Assembly: GCA_009859145.1 (NCBI GenBank)
Contig: VRVR01000032.1
Span: forward strand, 90,854 to 154,853
From: Andalucia godoyi And28
Lineage: Eukaryota > Protista > Jakobida
Direction: 5' to 3'
DNA length: 64,000 bases
Part shown: positions 30,453 through 41,595 of the stretch, piece by piece
Layout: each line of letters begins with the position of its first letter
How positions within the stretch are numbered: position 1 is the first letter of the stretch
Program-made: the position numbers and the translations under genes
The notes under the pieces: generated by a model
The model's input: the letters and a program-made list of their open reading frames with translations, nothing else
The model's database searches: none
Told to the model about the DNA's origin: nothing

Positions 30453-31790
30453 TTATGTCTTTCTTGAATGGGATTCCTCTAGCGTGTAAACAGTTTCGTT
30501 TCCAATCCGCTTCTGACCGAACTTCTTGAAATGTCGCAAAAGCAAAATGACGGCCTTCGTTTTGGGTCCAATTTCCAAAACATCTTCCAGATCCTTTTGT
30601 GTGACATGCACGCCATCCTCTGCCGGTCCGCGGTGTCCACTTGCTCGCACAAATGCATTGATGGATTCCGCAATCGAATTGAGCATGTCGAGCGGAACCT
30701 GGGTTCGCAAATAAATAGGTGCTGATGCATATTCTTCGGCGGAAATGGCGGAAATGGCGGCCCCAGAACCAGTACAAGGACCGACAGCTGCTGCAACACT
30801 GGATGGTGCGTCAGGCTTTCTTGGAATCACAGGATCGGTAGACGGCCCATTGGTTGCCGGTGCACCGGCATGAGAACTCATCAATGGACCCTGTCGATGG
30901 ACTGCAGGAATAGGAGACAGCGAAAACTTGGAGATTGGCGAGGACAGCATGCTGGAGAAGCTGTTGCTCGTGCTGTTGCTCGTGCTGTTGCCGTTGATAT
31001 GACTGGAAACATCAGGATGAGCACTTTTCGTCTGGGCGATCATTCCGAGTGTTGCAGCTGACAGTCCATAGTCTTCCAATGTTGGTGTTCTGCCGAGATC
31101 ATCATCATGCAAAACTTCATGCCGAGCTCGCGCCGGCGGAGTTGATGCCACCGATGCCCACTGGCCAGTTCCAAGTTGCTGCGGTTGGTGGTGCGGAAGT
31201 TGCTGCTCAGTGGTTGGCCGACCTGAATGAGAAGCACCATTCATGGACCCTGACCCTGACCCTGACCCTGCTAACGTGAATGACATGGACGACGTGGACG
31301 AAGGGTGCTCAGCACCATCTTGCGCGGTTCCTCCACGCTTCATGGCTCTGTGGCTGCGGCGCTCTCTCTCCGTCCTTCTAGCTTCTTCTTCCATTTCCGC
31401 CTGTCTCTCTCTCATGTATCTATGCCACAGATTCTCATACGAAGAGTGCTGGTGCTTCGTCCGTCCATACTCCTGCATTGCATCTTCCACTACAGAGATT
31501 CCGCGATCGTTGGCCTCCAACATTGCCGTACATATCGCCACAACATCCCCAAACGGCACAGAAGACCTCACAATGGCTTCGCAATCAAGCAGCGCATCCG
31601 ACTGCTTGAGATCCGCCACAGAATATCCAAGTCGTGCAACAAGCCCTTCTTGCTGCTTCTTTGGAATCGACGGCGGAACAGATTCGATTTCCTTTCGTAA
31701 ATCCCGAGAAGACGTTTCCAAAGACCGGAACACCGAGCGCAGCGAACTGAAAAACTCTCGCGAGCGCTCAGGAACCAAAGACGACGACAT
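30453..31790 (-). CDS. SKA3: Spindle and kinetochore-associated protein SKA3-like
   Basis: N-terminal coiled coil, TPTLEDYGLSAATL motif, and a C-terminal winged-helix-like tail ISAEEYASAPIYLR...KTKAVILLLRHFKK, as in plant-type Ska3. Confidence 0.7.
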   Translation of the reverse strand: MSSSLVPERSREFFSSLRSVFRSLETSSRDLRKEIESVPPSIPKKQQEGLVARLGYSVADLKQSDALLDCEAIVRSSVPFGDVVAICTAMLEANDRGISVVEDAMQEYGRTKHQHSSYENLWHRYMRERQAEMEEEARRTERERRSHRAMKRGGTAQDGAEHPSSTSSMSFTLAGSGSGSGSMNGASHSGRPTTEQQLPHHQPQQLGTGQWASVASTPPARARHEVLHDDDLGRTPTLEDYGLSAATLGMIAQTKSAHPDVSSHINGNSTSNSTSNSFSSMLSSPISKFSLSPIPAVHRQGPLMSSHAGAPATNGPSTDPVIPRKPDAPSSVAAAVGPCTGSGAAISAISAEEYASAPIYLRTQVPLDMLNSIAESINAFVRASGHRGPAEDGVHVTQKDLEDVLEIGPKTKAVILLLRHFKKFGQKRIGNETVYTLEESHSRKT

Positions 31791-32229
31791 CCGCAACTCG
31801 CTTGGCGGGAAAGAATATCAACTCCTTGCACTCATCAGCATAGCTATCATGAAGCACGACAATTATGATAATTTCTATAATGCAGGAAAAGCCGAAAAGT
31901 TCCGTTAATCAGATTTTTCTCTACAGTCGGTTTTTGAATGGACACGAGTGTTATCAGGATGTCTTTCATTTCGGATAGGAAATGAAGTGAAAATGTGCAT
32001 TCCAGCAATCTTCAAATCTCCAATACAATGAACAAAGTACCCAGATCATCGTTATGTGTCGAGGCACTGGTTTTCTTTCAACTGGATGGGAGAGAAGGAG
32101 TCCCTCTTCGACATGCAACGCCGGACGCCGGTGGTGGTGCGACTCGACACACACGAGTAGCTCTGTCTACGGGGGACGTGTACTAAGTAGTGAGTAGCGA
32201 GTACATGGAGGTACAGGGTTGGTGGGTGT

Positions 32230-32622
32230 TCATCGATTTCCAATGTCGAGGATAGCAGAGACGAGATCCTGGTCGTTCTTTCGCAGAGTCCGAATGGCAT
32301 CGTTCCGGTCGATGTTGCATTGGCGAACAAGGACCTCAATATCTCGTGGGTCGCAGCCGGTATCGTCTTCCTCTGGGATTCCAACGCCCAAAAAGACAAG
32401 GGGAGGGCCCTGGAGAGGAGTTGCGCGACATTGCTCGAAAAACTCGCGTTTCGTGCTTATCTTTTTGCCGCCTTTCGCAATCAGCGTGAATTTGCTGCGC
32501 GGAATGCAGAGCCGAGAAGCACAAATCACAATCGGATCCGCTGCATCGGCGTCATCATTGAGCGGAATATCGACCAACATTGTCCGGCCTTGGAACTTGA
32601 GCTGTATTTGCTGCACCCCCAT
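32230..32622 (-). CDS. 130-aa protein: ubiquitin-like N-terminus plus NAC/HYPK-type UBA domain
   Basis: IQLKFQGRTMLVDI...FTLIAKGGKKI (UBL-like); DIEVLVRQCNIDRNDAIRTLRKNDQDLVSAILDI (NAC-alpha/HYPK-type UBA). Confidence 0.7.
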   Translation of the reverse strand: MGVQQIQLKFQGRTMLVDIPLNDDADAADPIVICASRLCIPRSKFTLIAKGGKKISTKREFFEQCRATPLQGPPLVFLGVGIPEEDDTGCDPRDIEVLVRQCNIDRNDAIRTLRKNDQDLVSAILDIGNR

Positions 32623-33222
32623 TACTCCATCAATCCATGCAGAATATCGTGTATAGCAATTCCAGACACAAGGAGAATCCCGAGATCAACCAGGAGCAGC
32701 AATTGCAGAGGTGGTGGTGGCGGTACAACACCTCGCTTGCTCACTATCTTTCAGTTAGCTACAGGACTTTGGGGCGGAAACGATTGCAACGAATTCATTT
32801 TTTGAGTGGCTGCGAGGGTTTTTTCCAAGTGATAATAACCTTTTCTGTTTCCAGCAACACCATATACATTACAAGCGATGGGAAACGTATTATATATATA
32901 TTATTTTTTAACGACAATTCAAGGCCGATGAAAGAATCGCGAGGTGTTTTCGCGGTCTTCTTGAGGATAGTGAAACAGTCCAAGGTTGTTGTTTTGTTGT
33001 TGTTGCTTTTTTCCAATCTGTGCGATCTGTATGATCTGCGCGATCGATGGACACACCAAGTAGCGAACAGAGTGAGTGAGCGCGTGCTTGCCGTGCCCCG
33101 CGTTGGAAGGATGGGTGAAAACCAAGGAGACTCCGCGCGGTCATGTTGCTTCACCTGTTTCTGCTTTCTTCTTCTTCTTGTCTGTTGTTGCACTTGCTTC
33201 TCGGGGAGGGAGGGGTGAAGGA

Positions 33223-34179
33223 TTACTCTCCTGGCATAGACACGTTCGATGGCACGGCTTCGTCCCATGGACCGACGATTTCATTCTTGTACTTTTGAAT
33301 GGCGATCAACCAAGCTGGGCTTCCGAAGACAATGGCAGGCATTCCGAAAAAAAAGATGATTGCGACGGGCCGTGACAGCGGGAACATGAGACAGACGGAC
33401 ATAATGTAGAGAAGGAATGTGACCGCAAAGTGCGTTTGATTTGAGAATAGCTTGAGATCATGCCTGAGGATCGGCGACAGACCAAAGAACTCGAAAGACA
33501 GGCAAAGAATTGCAAATGCATGCATGGACGACTCGAGCCGCGAAACCAGCAGGACGGTTGCAAAGACAGCGGCATTGAGCGAAAATGCGCTTTGTTGCTT
33601 CGCAGTCTTACCGTTCAGATATGAGTAGTCCTGCGCAATGATGTGAATTACAAACAGGGAAATGGTCCACGCCCAGATTGTGTCGTTTGCGTAACTGAGG
33701 GTTAACGAGCGGATGATGGGCGACACACCCATCAGGAGCAAGACCAGGAGCACGGACTCCCACAGAGACCGCAGCATTTGCGAGAGCGGTCCGTTGGAAG
33801 CAGACAAGGAGTGCTCGGGATCTTGTATGAGTGATCGAATGGCGAATCCAACGACAAACATCATTCCATTCACTCCGCAAAGCACCGTTACTGGAAGATC
33901 ACCCCACATGGTGTACACAAACAGCACCGAAAAGATGCAGACGGTCGACAGTTGCTGGGCAAGAACCGCAGAATCTCGCACAACATTCCAGTAATCATAT
34001 GTCAACACATGCGCATTCTTGATAATACCTTTCAGAAAGGTGTCGCCTACGTAGTCGTCTTCATACGGCTGGTGCTCCCACAACACCTTTTTCCAAGCCG
34101 GACGCGTAAACACTGGAAGCCGCTCCTCGGGAGTCCATTCTGCTGTATTCGTAATGATCGGCGGTGGCGTTGTCGACAT
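33223..34179 (-). CDS. PIGC: GPI-GlcNAc transferase subunit PIG-C/GPI2
   Basis: WKKVLWEHQPYEDDYVGDTFL, SPIIRSLTLSYANDTIWA, SLNAAVFATVLLVSRL, QKYKNEIVGPWDEA. The upstream THTH run in the ORF track is a microsatellite, so the start is placed at ATG 34179. Confidence 0.95.
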   Translation of the reverse strand: MSTTPPPIITNTAEWTPEERLPVFTRPAWKKVLWEHQPYEDDYVGDTFLKGIIKNAHVLTYDYWNVVRDSAVLAQQLSTVCIFSVLFVYTMWGDLPVTVLCGVNGMMFVVGFAIRSLIQDPEHSLSASNGPLSQMLRSLWESVLLVLLLMGVSPIIRSLTLSYANDTIWAWTISLFVIHIIAQDYSYLNGKTAKQQSAFSLNAAVFATVLLVSRLESSMHAFAILCLSFEFFGLSPILRHDLKLFSNQTHFAVTFLLYIMSVCLMFPLSRPVAIIFFFGMPAIVFGSPAWLIAIQKYKNEIVGPWDEAVPSNVSMPGE

Positions 34180-34184
34180 CTCTT

Positions 34185-34188
<4 letters not shown>

Positions 34189-34226
<38 letters not shown>
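34189..34226 (+). repeat. (TG)19 microsatellite just upstream of PIG-C
   Basis: Perfect TG run ~10 bp upstream of the PIG-C ATG. Confidence 0.95.
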
Positions 34227-34229
<3 letters not shown>

Positions 34230-34724
34230 TGAATAAGATTGTGTAAACACCGAATGTTGCCTGTTGCGCTTTGCCTTCCAAAAAGCTCTCTCTCTCAGGA
34301 GCTTTTTGGAAGCCTTCTAGAATCACGTGCGCTGCAGTTGATGCTACGCGTGATCGTTAATACTGTACCGCGGCTTGCAAGTGACAAGTCACACAACCCA
34401 CAAGTCCAATGATGATCATGAAAAACCACTGTCAGAAATAACAACACGACATTTGCTGCGCATTGCTAGATCCACATTCCTGTACATACACCATACAGCA
34501 TTCTATCCAACATTGCATTCTTATTTATCTTGTCGGATCTTGTCCTGTCCTTTTCCTGGATTCTCGCTCGATTTGAATAGTGTGACTGATTCTATTCCGT
34601 TTGCTAATTTCATTTGAACTTTTTGGGAATTGAATTCCCATTTGGTTGTTTGTAGAGTGTTGTAGCGTTTTTGGAGCTTGCGTTTGCTCTCTCTGTGTGT
34701 GTGCAAAGCCGCTGAAAAGGCTAA

Positions 34725-37700
34725 ATGTCGAGTCCTGGCCAAAGTGTGGGATCGACGATATCCACTGAAGATGCAACGACCATTGTTACGTATTCCTTCA
34801 CAATTGGTGTTGGGTGGTTGGCTGCATTTCTGGGAACGATCGTCTTCACAGGCCATTTCCGATTCCGAATATCTCGCATTCCCGTCTGGCTTGCAACGCG
34901 TGACTGGCTAATATTCAAGCCCCCGGTTCCACGGTTCTTCTACTGGCTTGCAATTCTACATCCGCTGCTGTGGCTCTTGTGCTTTGTGGCGCCAAATCTG
35001 CTGTCCTTCGCATGGGCCATCACGATTATCGTCCTGACATCGTCCAAACTGCCTGGAATATCCATTCTCTGCATTATTCCCGCTGTCACAATGACAGTGT
35101 ACGCGTTTTTGTACTGGAGAGGACAAAAGTACCGGTTCACAGACTATCCAAAGCACCTCCTTGGTTGCTCTGCAGTGTTCCTGATCGCATTTCTCATCTT
35201 GCACGTCATTCTCGCGCGGCCATTCTCGTTTCAGTCCGTCGAGATGGTCTTCTTCTCGCTGTCATTTGTCTGCATGGTCAAAACCGTCTACATTCACGCC
35301 TCGGGGAATCACGTGTCGTTTGAGAAATTTATCCATCAGAAGGCCAAGAAACGAACATCTACCATGAACAAGGACGATGACGATGATGAGTCGGAAAATG
35401 GGTTTCAAAGCCTCATTCCCGATGACGTACTTTCCTTTGTTTCGAACAAAGGCACAATCACTGCACTTTGGTACCTTGCTTCCGCTGTCTGTCACGGCTG
35501 CTTTGTCATGATTACCCATTTTGTTTCCCAAGAGGATCCGTCGTTGAGCGGCCAGTCCAGCACACTGACATTCAATTCCGGGATGATCGCTCTGTCGCTC
35601 TCGGTCATCGATGGCTGCGCCTACGTCATTGCAGCTGCTCGCTTCGTGGACAGTCCGTACACACTGAGTGTCTTTCTGCTCTTCTGCCGCCTCTTGCTCG
35701 TGCTCTGCGGCTCCGAATACTGGTTTTGGGGAATCAGTATTCTCTATATTTTAATATCTTGCTTCCTTCTGCGAGGGTCTCTTTTCAAGGCTCGCTGGTG
35801 GCGGTCTCTTTTCCTGCAGCAGAGTAAGACGGAACGGTTTCGTCGCCTCAAAAAATTGGATCTTGCTTACAGAATGGAACAGGAAAAGCTGGCGGCAATG
35901 ACCGCTCTGCAAACTGCAGAGGGATCTGGCCACCCGATCAAAGAAACAAAAGACGACGACAATGCCGTTGCAAAGCTGTTCAAACAGAGTGCGAGTATTG
36001 CGGCCGAGGTTGGGAAGGGCTTCGTATCGATCATGATGACGTCCACAGAAATTCTTTTTGGCATTATCGAGAGGTATACACAACCCGCTTTGTACGTATT
36101 TCTATCTGGATTGTATGCTGCTTTGATGGGTGTCATTGTGGTCCGCGCAGACTCCAATGCACAGGAGGATTGGTCGTTGTGGGGAGTCTCTGCTGTTTCC
36201 ACTGCAGTCATCTCGTTCTTGGTAGTCCCTGTTTATGCACTCTCTCTCGTGCTCTCGAAATTTTCCAAGTTTTTGTTTCGCCCACCCGCCGAAGGGAGCA
36301 CAGGAGATCCAGCGGGTCAAAAGAAGTCGTTCCTTGGATCTGGATGGTTCTTGTTCACATTCGCAGTTGCGTCGCTGTGCACATATGGAATTGCCGTCAG
36401 CATTGGCCTGATCGCTTGGCTGCGTGACGACATCAATTTCTTGTTTTGGGGCATTATTTCAGGACTGCCCGCGCTGCTGCTCAGTTTCATCATGTATGAA
36501 CTGTGGATTCAAAATGATTGCCGTTGGTTTGACATTCCCGCGAGACGAAGGCCCGAATGGTCCTCGTCGGTGGCTCGTGTTCGTCCACTTTTTAACATTC
36601 CTGAAAGCGCGGTTCACTTCGTCAAGTCTCGTTTGAAAGGACGGGAGGAAACGGTTGCCACCGATAAGACCAGCACCTTAGGGGAACCCCTGCCCACAGT
36701 CCCGTCCAACAGCAACTCTCCGCAGAATGCATCCATTCCTGTTGCCTTTTTGTTGGGAGGACTGACTTCTCGCGATTATATTGTTATCCTGTGCACAGTG
36801 CTGCATCTTGCGTTTCTCGCGCTCTTCTCTATTCTTCTGTATTTGCATGTCCGTCCATCGTGGCTTTCATGGACGATTGCCCCGGTGTTCTTTCTTGCAT
36901 TTTCTCAGTTTATTGTCCTCAACGGGTGGGGTCGCACTGGGAAATTCGGTATGTGGAGAGCTGCTTCTCTCTCATTCATTATTGTCGGATGGGTCGCGGT
37001 GTTTGTCGCATTTTATTATAATGTTTTCGGAGACATGAAGTCTGATGCGGATGCACGGCGTTCTGAGCTAGATTCCGAAGGCTTTTTCACGATTATCGCT
37101 CCGTTCACGCGAAAGAATGTAAGCCAATATTCCGACATCACTCCTGCCCTGCTTTTCGCGGGGTTTTGCTTGCTGTATCCGTCGTTTCTGATCGAGACGA
37201 TGTTGATGAAGCGATGGCACGATGATCTTTTTGCGTCCTCCAACATTATGATGACGCTTTTTCCATTTTCTGCCTTGGCTCACTTGTCAGACTTTAGCCT
37301 GAAGAAGTTTCTTCAAAACAAGAATCTGTGGTTTGCCATTTCCACATTGAGTACATTCGGGTGTGTTGGGGGATTTTGTTGGTTCTGGGGGATTTTCATG
37401 GGTCATTCCCAAGGATTCCTGGTATTTCTGTTCTTTTGCGTTTGTCTGATGGGCTTTGTTCTTTCATCACAGCCGACGTGGATACTCACCAACGTGGAGT
37501 CCGACAGCACAACCTCTGCACACCCTCTTCCGTCCATGATGACGTCGCGCCTGCTCGGTGAGCGTCTCGCGGTCTATGTGTTCCTGGTTCTTTGTCTTTC
37601 GGGCTTTTCTTCCCTCATATTTATTTTGTCATACCGTTCGGTGCTGGACTTCCCGTTTTCCGAATGGCTCATTATCACGTGCACTATGACCACCATTCTG

Positions 37701-40700
37701 GCCATTCTAGCGCTGTTGGTGTATGTGCGATTTTTCTTCTTCCAGTCTCCGTGGGCGGATCCACAGCGATTGCGCTTTTCGCCTACTTGTTTTTTGCCGG
37801 TGTATCTCTATGATGAGTCTCAAGATCTCTTGTATGAGAAGAACGATCCGTTTTTTGCCGTCGTGTTGGCCGCGGTACTCTCGATTGTGTGGGGGCTTGC
37901 GGCGACCATTGTTCTGAGCCCTTCGACAATGGGTATCAGCGGAATTTCTCTTGCCGTTGCCTTGTTCGCCTTTTTCATGATTGATAAGACCTTTTCTGCG
38001 GAAGTCGCGTTTTCGTCGATGCTGACGTTTGTTACCCCGGATTTGACAGAGCGAATGCGCTTGCGGGCAAAGAGGAAAGAATTTGACATCAATGCCGAAG
38101 TGGAAGTTGGATCCAATGAATTTGGGGGAGCCGAGGAGCGAATCGGAGAGTTGGAAGATGATGCGGAGTTTGCTGTTGAAGCAGTGGAAGACGAGTCTTT
38201 GGGAAATTTGGATCCTGTGAGCCTGCTTCTTCGCAAAGTATGGGCTGCGGAGGATGAAGCATTTTCCATTAGCTATGGTATTCTCTTAAAAGATCTCTGG
38301 CGAGGTGGCCTGACGCTTCTCAAAAGCCCAATCAATTTGATCAACAGGGAAAAGCGCGACGATGAAGTCCAACGTGATCAAGATGTGGAAAAGGGAGAAA
38401 AGACCATGTCCAAGGGCGATGCGATTCTCGAGCATCGATTTGAGTGCTTGCTTCTGATTGAAAAACTGGATAACGAAGTGCTGGATGTGTATCAGAGGCA
38501 GAACCGATTTGTGGCGCATTTCCAATCTCTGCTGATTGCTGCTGCTCGATATAAGAGAAAACAGCAGCTTTCGGAGTGGTGTGAATTCATCCGGATGCAT
38601 CCGGCATTTGGTACGTGGGCGCGGTCTCAGCATCCTGAAACGCTGGCTTTTTTGCTGGACGAGTGTCTTTTGTACGCTTCGGAAGGAGAGAAGGCTCAGA
38701 AGCAACTGCTGAAGAAGCATCACCGCAAGAAGACAGCAACTGTCCATCCGCTCACATCGACTCGGAAAGATCCGGTAGGCTTTAGCGTACTCAATCCAAG
38801 CCGATTGCTGACGTCTCTTGCCTCGGCGATTACCCCGGATATGGAGAGGGATGAGGTTGAAATTGCAGCCGAGGTTGTTGTCCAGTTTCAGACATATGTT
38901 CTGGACAAGGAAGAGGACGCCCGACGCGATGCTCAGAAGGCGAAGCAGGAAGAAGAGGCCCATCGAAAGAGAGTCCAAAGTCTCAATGGTGGGCTAGGGT
39001 TCATCAAAATGTGGGAAAAGCGGTGTGCAGCCGGGGTTTTCGGGTTCATGTTTGTGGATTCAGAAACCTCGAGCGAGGAAATTGAAGAGTCGCTCCATAA
39101 GCTTGTTCCTGAGGCACGGGAGCTGCGACTGCGACTTGAGCAACGGTGGAATGGCACAGAAGAAAGAAAAGTGTACGAAACTGCTGTTCGAGAAGTTCAG
39201 CAGAAGTGGATTTCGCACTTTTTGAAAACGAAACACGGTCAGGAATATGCATCTGCATCTGAAGATGAGATACATGGATTGATGATGTTTGACGACGCAT
39301 TCAACGACGCCATGAGTTTTCTGTTGCTTCAGACACAAGTGCGCTTGATTGTTCAAGAATGCCGTTCTTCGGGACAGAAGTTCACCGACTATGATTTCCC
39401 TGCTTCGGAAGCATCCCTTTGGACTCCCCCTCCACGGTCGGCCGATGATGACCATGATGCTGTTGCTGACGACGACGACACAGCCAATCACATGCATGCT
39501 CCACAATTTATCTCAATGGTGCACGGTTGGCAACGAGCTTCCGATCTGGGAACACAAGAGTATCTCTTCGAAAACGGTGTGGATCCCAGTGATGTGTGCC
39601 AAGGCATGTTAGGCGATTGCTACTTTTTGTCTGCGCTCGCGGTGACTGCGAAAGATGGCGACGGCCAGACGTCGCAGATCCCAGCTCTGTTCATTATTCC
39701 GGAAGGAGACGATACCAAAGTTCGTGAAGGCACATCCGAAATTCCCGTGAACTCGTGCGGTGTTTTTGGAGTTCGATTGTTTAAAGAAGGTCGCTGGGTG
39801 GGTGTTGTTGTGGACGATTATCTTCCAGTGCAGTCGAATGGATCCCTCGCGTTTGTTCGAAGCAAAACGGGCCACGAATACTGGTGCTCTTTGTTGGAGA
39901 AGGCGTACGCCAAAATTCATGGAACGTATCAGTCAATCGATGCCGGCAAGGTCCACGATGCCTTGGTTGATCTTACAGGGGGCGTCGGACAATTGATCTC
40001 TCTTGCAAAATCCGATGCGGAAGTTCAGGCTCGAATTGCGTCTGGAGAACTGTGGGCATGCTTGGTTCGGTACGTTGCGCAAGGGTACCTGCTCGGGGCT
40101 TCGTCGTCACAGGGAAGCGATGCAGAGGCCAACGAGTACGGCATTGTGCCCGGCCATGCGTACTCCGTTCTGGACGTGCAGGAAATTGTCTTGCGAGATT
40201 CCGTCGCTCAATCTGCAAACAGAGAAGTTATGCGAACGGATGACGGGGGAGTTTCGCAGTCCACGGTCGGCGGAGCATCGGCAGCTTCTGCAGATGGTTC
40301 ACGATACACGGTGCGACTTGTTCAGTTGCGAAATCCATGGGGCGACACAGAGTGGACCGGCGACTGGAGCGACCATTCTCCATTGTGGACAGAATCCGCC
40401 CGCGAGCAAATTCTGCGAAATCAGAATTTCCGCCGACAGCAGGCTATTTCGCGCAAGATATACGTGTACCTCAAGAAGAATCCCGATGTGGCCAGATCCA
40501 TCCTCGCAGAATCAAAGGGCTCGACGCCGGGTGTGCCGCACTCTCTGAAATCGTCTCAATCACTGTCACAGAGTATGGAAACAAAGCCCATGTCCGTTCT
40601 CTCGCCACGGCTTGTGGCTTCTCTTTCTCCTCGAATTCTGGAAAACACGGACGAACAGAAGGACAATGAGCAACTGTCGTCCGAGCAACTCATTGCGGCG

Positions 40701-41357
40701 GGGACGTCGTGGATGGATCCTTCGAAACTGCTTGTTCGCAGTGCTGGAGAGATGCTTCTTGACCTTGATCAGGATGTGCTTGGACAGGATGGCGCGAACG
40801 CGCAAATCGCGGACGATGGGACCTTTTGGATGTCTTTTGATGATTTTGTAACTCATTACACTGGAATATCGGTTTGCAAGATCTTTGATCCCAGTTGGCA
40901 GAGGATGGCATTGCATGGCAGCTGGAAGAATGGAGAGACGGCCGGTGGTGCTGGGCCAGCTTCACGGTCCATCAATCCTCACTATGGTCTCTCCGTTCGA
41001 ACTCCGGGAACGTTTTTAATTGTTCTTGAACAAGCCGAGGGGCGTGGTGCTGCGGAATTATCCTCCTCTGGTCGCAACCCAGAAACGGGATTCTTGAAGA
41101 TTGGGGCGTACCTTTTGCGAAAAGGCGGAAAACGTATCAAGACCATGAAGAAAGCCGACCTCGTGTCGTGCACGTCGGTCACAGATGCCCGCACGGTGTC
41201 GATTGAGGTACAGCTTGCCGTTTCTCCACCGGATGAGCCATATTCGCTGATGGTCACCACGTTGCAGCCAGGCGAAGAAGGCCAGTATCGATTGCTGTTC
41301 TTTGGGACCGGCGACTACGCTGTTGCGAGCATTCCCCAAGAGGTAGACGCCGTATGA
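34725..41357 (+). CDS. DEK1-like membrane-anchored calpain (large TM region, CysPc, C2L)
   Basis: ~1100 aa with roughly 20 hydrophobic segments, then FTDYDFP, DVCQGMLGDCYFLSAL (Cys), PGHAYSVL (His), LRNPWG (Asn), DDGTFWMSFDDF, and a C2-like domain III tail (HGSWKNGETAGG). Confidence 0.92.
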   Translation: MSSPGQSVGSTISTEDATTIVTYSFTIGVGWLAAFLGTIVFTGHFRFRISRIPVWLATRDWLIFKPPVPRFFYWLAILHPLLWLLCFVAPNLLSFAWAITIIVLTSSKLPGISILCIIPAVTMTVYAFLYWRGQKYRFTDYPKHLLGCSAVFLIAFLILHVILARPFSFQSVEMVFFSLSFVCMVKTVYIHASGNHVSFEKFIHQKAKKRTSTMNKDDDDDESENGFQSLIPDDVLSFVSNKGTITALWYLASAVCHGCFVMITHFVSQEDPSLSGQSSTLTFNSGMIALSLSVIDGCAYVIAAARFVDSPYTLSVFLLFCRLLLVLCGSEYWFWGISILYILISCFLLRGSLFKARWWRSLFLQQSKTERFRRLKKLDLAYRMEQEKLAAMTALQTAEGSGHPIKETKDDDNAVAKLFKQSASIAAEVGKGFVSIMMTSTEILFGIIERYTQPALYVFLSGLYAALMGVIVVRADSNAQEDWSLWGVSAVSTAVISFLVVPVYALSLVLSKFSKFLFRPPAEGSTGDPAGQKKSFLGSGWFLFTFAVASLCTYGIAVSIGLIAWLRDDINFLFWGIISGLPALLLSFIMYELWIQNDCRWFDIPARRRPEWSSSVARVRPLFNIPESAVHFVKSRLKGREETVATDKTSTLGEPLPTVPSNSNSPQNASIPVAFLLGGLTSRDYIVILCTVLHLAFLALFSILLYLHVRPSWLSWTIAPVFFLAFSQFIVLNGWGRTGKFGMWRAASLSFIIVGWVAVFVAFYYNVFGDMKSDADARRSELDSEGFFTIIAPFTRKNVSQYSDITPALLFAGFCLLYPSFLIETMLMKRWHDDLFASSNIMMTLFPFSALAHLSDFSLKKFLQNKNLWFAISTLSTFGCVGGFCWFWGIFMGHSQGFLVFLFFCVCLMGFVLSSQPTWILTNVESDSTTSAHPLPSMMTSRLLGERLAVYVFLVLCLSGFSSLIFILSYRSVLDFPFSEWLIITCTMTTILAILALLVYVRFFFFQSPWADPQRLRFSPTCFLPVYLYDESQDLLYEKNDPFFAVVLAAVLSIVWGLAATIVLSPSTMGISGISLAVALFAFFMIDKTFSAEVAFSSMLTFVTPDLTERMRLRAKRKEFDINAEVEVGSNEFGGAEERIGELEDDAEFAVEAVEDESLGNLDPVSLLLRKVWAAEDEAFSISYGILLKDLWRGGLTLLKSPINLINREKRDDEVQRDQDVEKGEKTMSKGDAILEHRFECLLLIEKLDNEVLDVYQRQNRFVAHFQSLLIAAARYKRKQQLSEWCEFIRMHPAFGTWARSQHPETLAFLLDECLLYASEGEKAQKQLLKKHHRKKTATVHPLTSTRKDPVGFSVLNPSRLLTSLASAITPDMERDEVEIAAEVVVQFQTYVLDKEEDARRDAQKAKQEEEAHRKRVQSLNGGLGFIKMWEKRCAAGVFGFMFVDSETSSEEIEESLHKLVPEARELRLRLEQRWNGTEERKVYETAVREVQQKWISHFLKTKHGQEYASASEDEIHGLMMFDDAFNDAMSFLLLQTQVRLIVQECRSSGQKFTDYDFPASEASLWTPPPRSADDDHDAVADDDDTANHMHAPQFISMVHGWQRASDLGTQEYLFENGVDPSDVCQGMLGDCYFLSALAVTAKDGDGQTSQIPALFIIPEGDDTKVREGTSEIPVNSCGVFGVRLFKEGRWVGVVVDDYLPVQSNGSLAFVRSKTGHEYWCSLLEKAYAKIHGTYQSIDAGKVHDALVDLTGGVGQLISLAKSDAEVQARIASGELWACLVRYVAQGYLLGASSSQGSDAEANEYGIVPGHAYSVLDVQEIVLRDSVAQSANREVMRTDDGGVSQSTVGGASAASADGSRYTVRLVQLRNPWGDTEWTGDWSDHSPLWTESAREQILRNQNFRRQQAISRKIYVYLKKNPDVARSILAESKGSTPGVPHSLKSSQSLSQSMETKPMSVLSPRLVASLSPRILENTDEQKDNEQLSSEQLIAAGTSWMDPSKLLVRSAGEMLLDLDQDVLGQDGANAQIADDGTFWMSFDDFVTHYTGISVCKIFDPSWQRMALHGSWKNGETAGGAGPASRSINPHYGLSVRTPGTFLIVLEQAEGRGAAELSSSGRNPETGFLKIGAYLLRKGGKRIKTMKKADLVSCTSVTDARTVSIEVQLAVSPPDEPYSLMVTTLQPGEEGQYRLLFFGTGDYAVASIPQEVDAV

Positions 41358-41595
41358 AAAAAAGGCTGCTCCCAGGGGGAACAAAAGGATCGAATTGATG
41401 TAATCGGTTTTGTTTTTTGTATTTTTATTATTATTATGATTGTTATTATTTTTTGGCATGAAGAGAAATAAGGAAAAAAAAGAATAGAAAAAAGTGACGT
41501 GCCTTCCGTACAGGTTTCTTTACTATCGTCCCCACCCACCCAGTCACTGCAGAAGACATTCGATTCATCTGTTGAAGAAAGGAATTCTCGTGTGT

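Noticed and set aside
32637-33268. 193-aa (+) and 157-aa (-) ORFs between the UBL-UBA gene and PIG-C
   Set aside because: They cross AT-rich and simple-repeat UTR-like sequence and have no domain signal.
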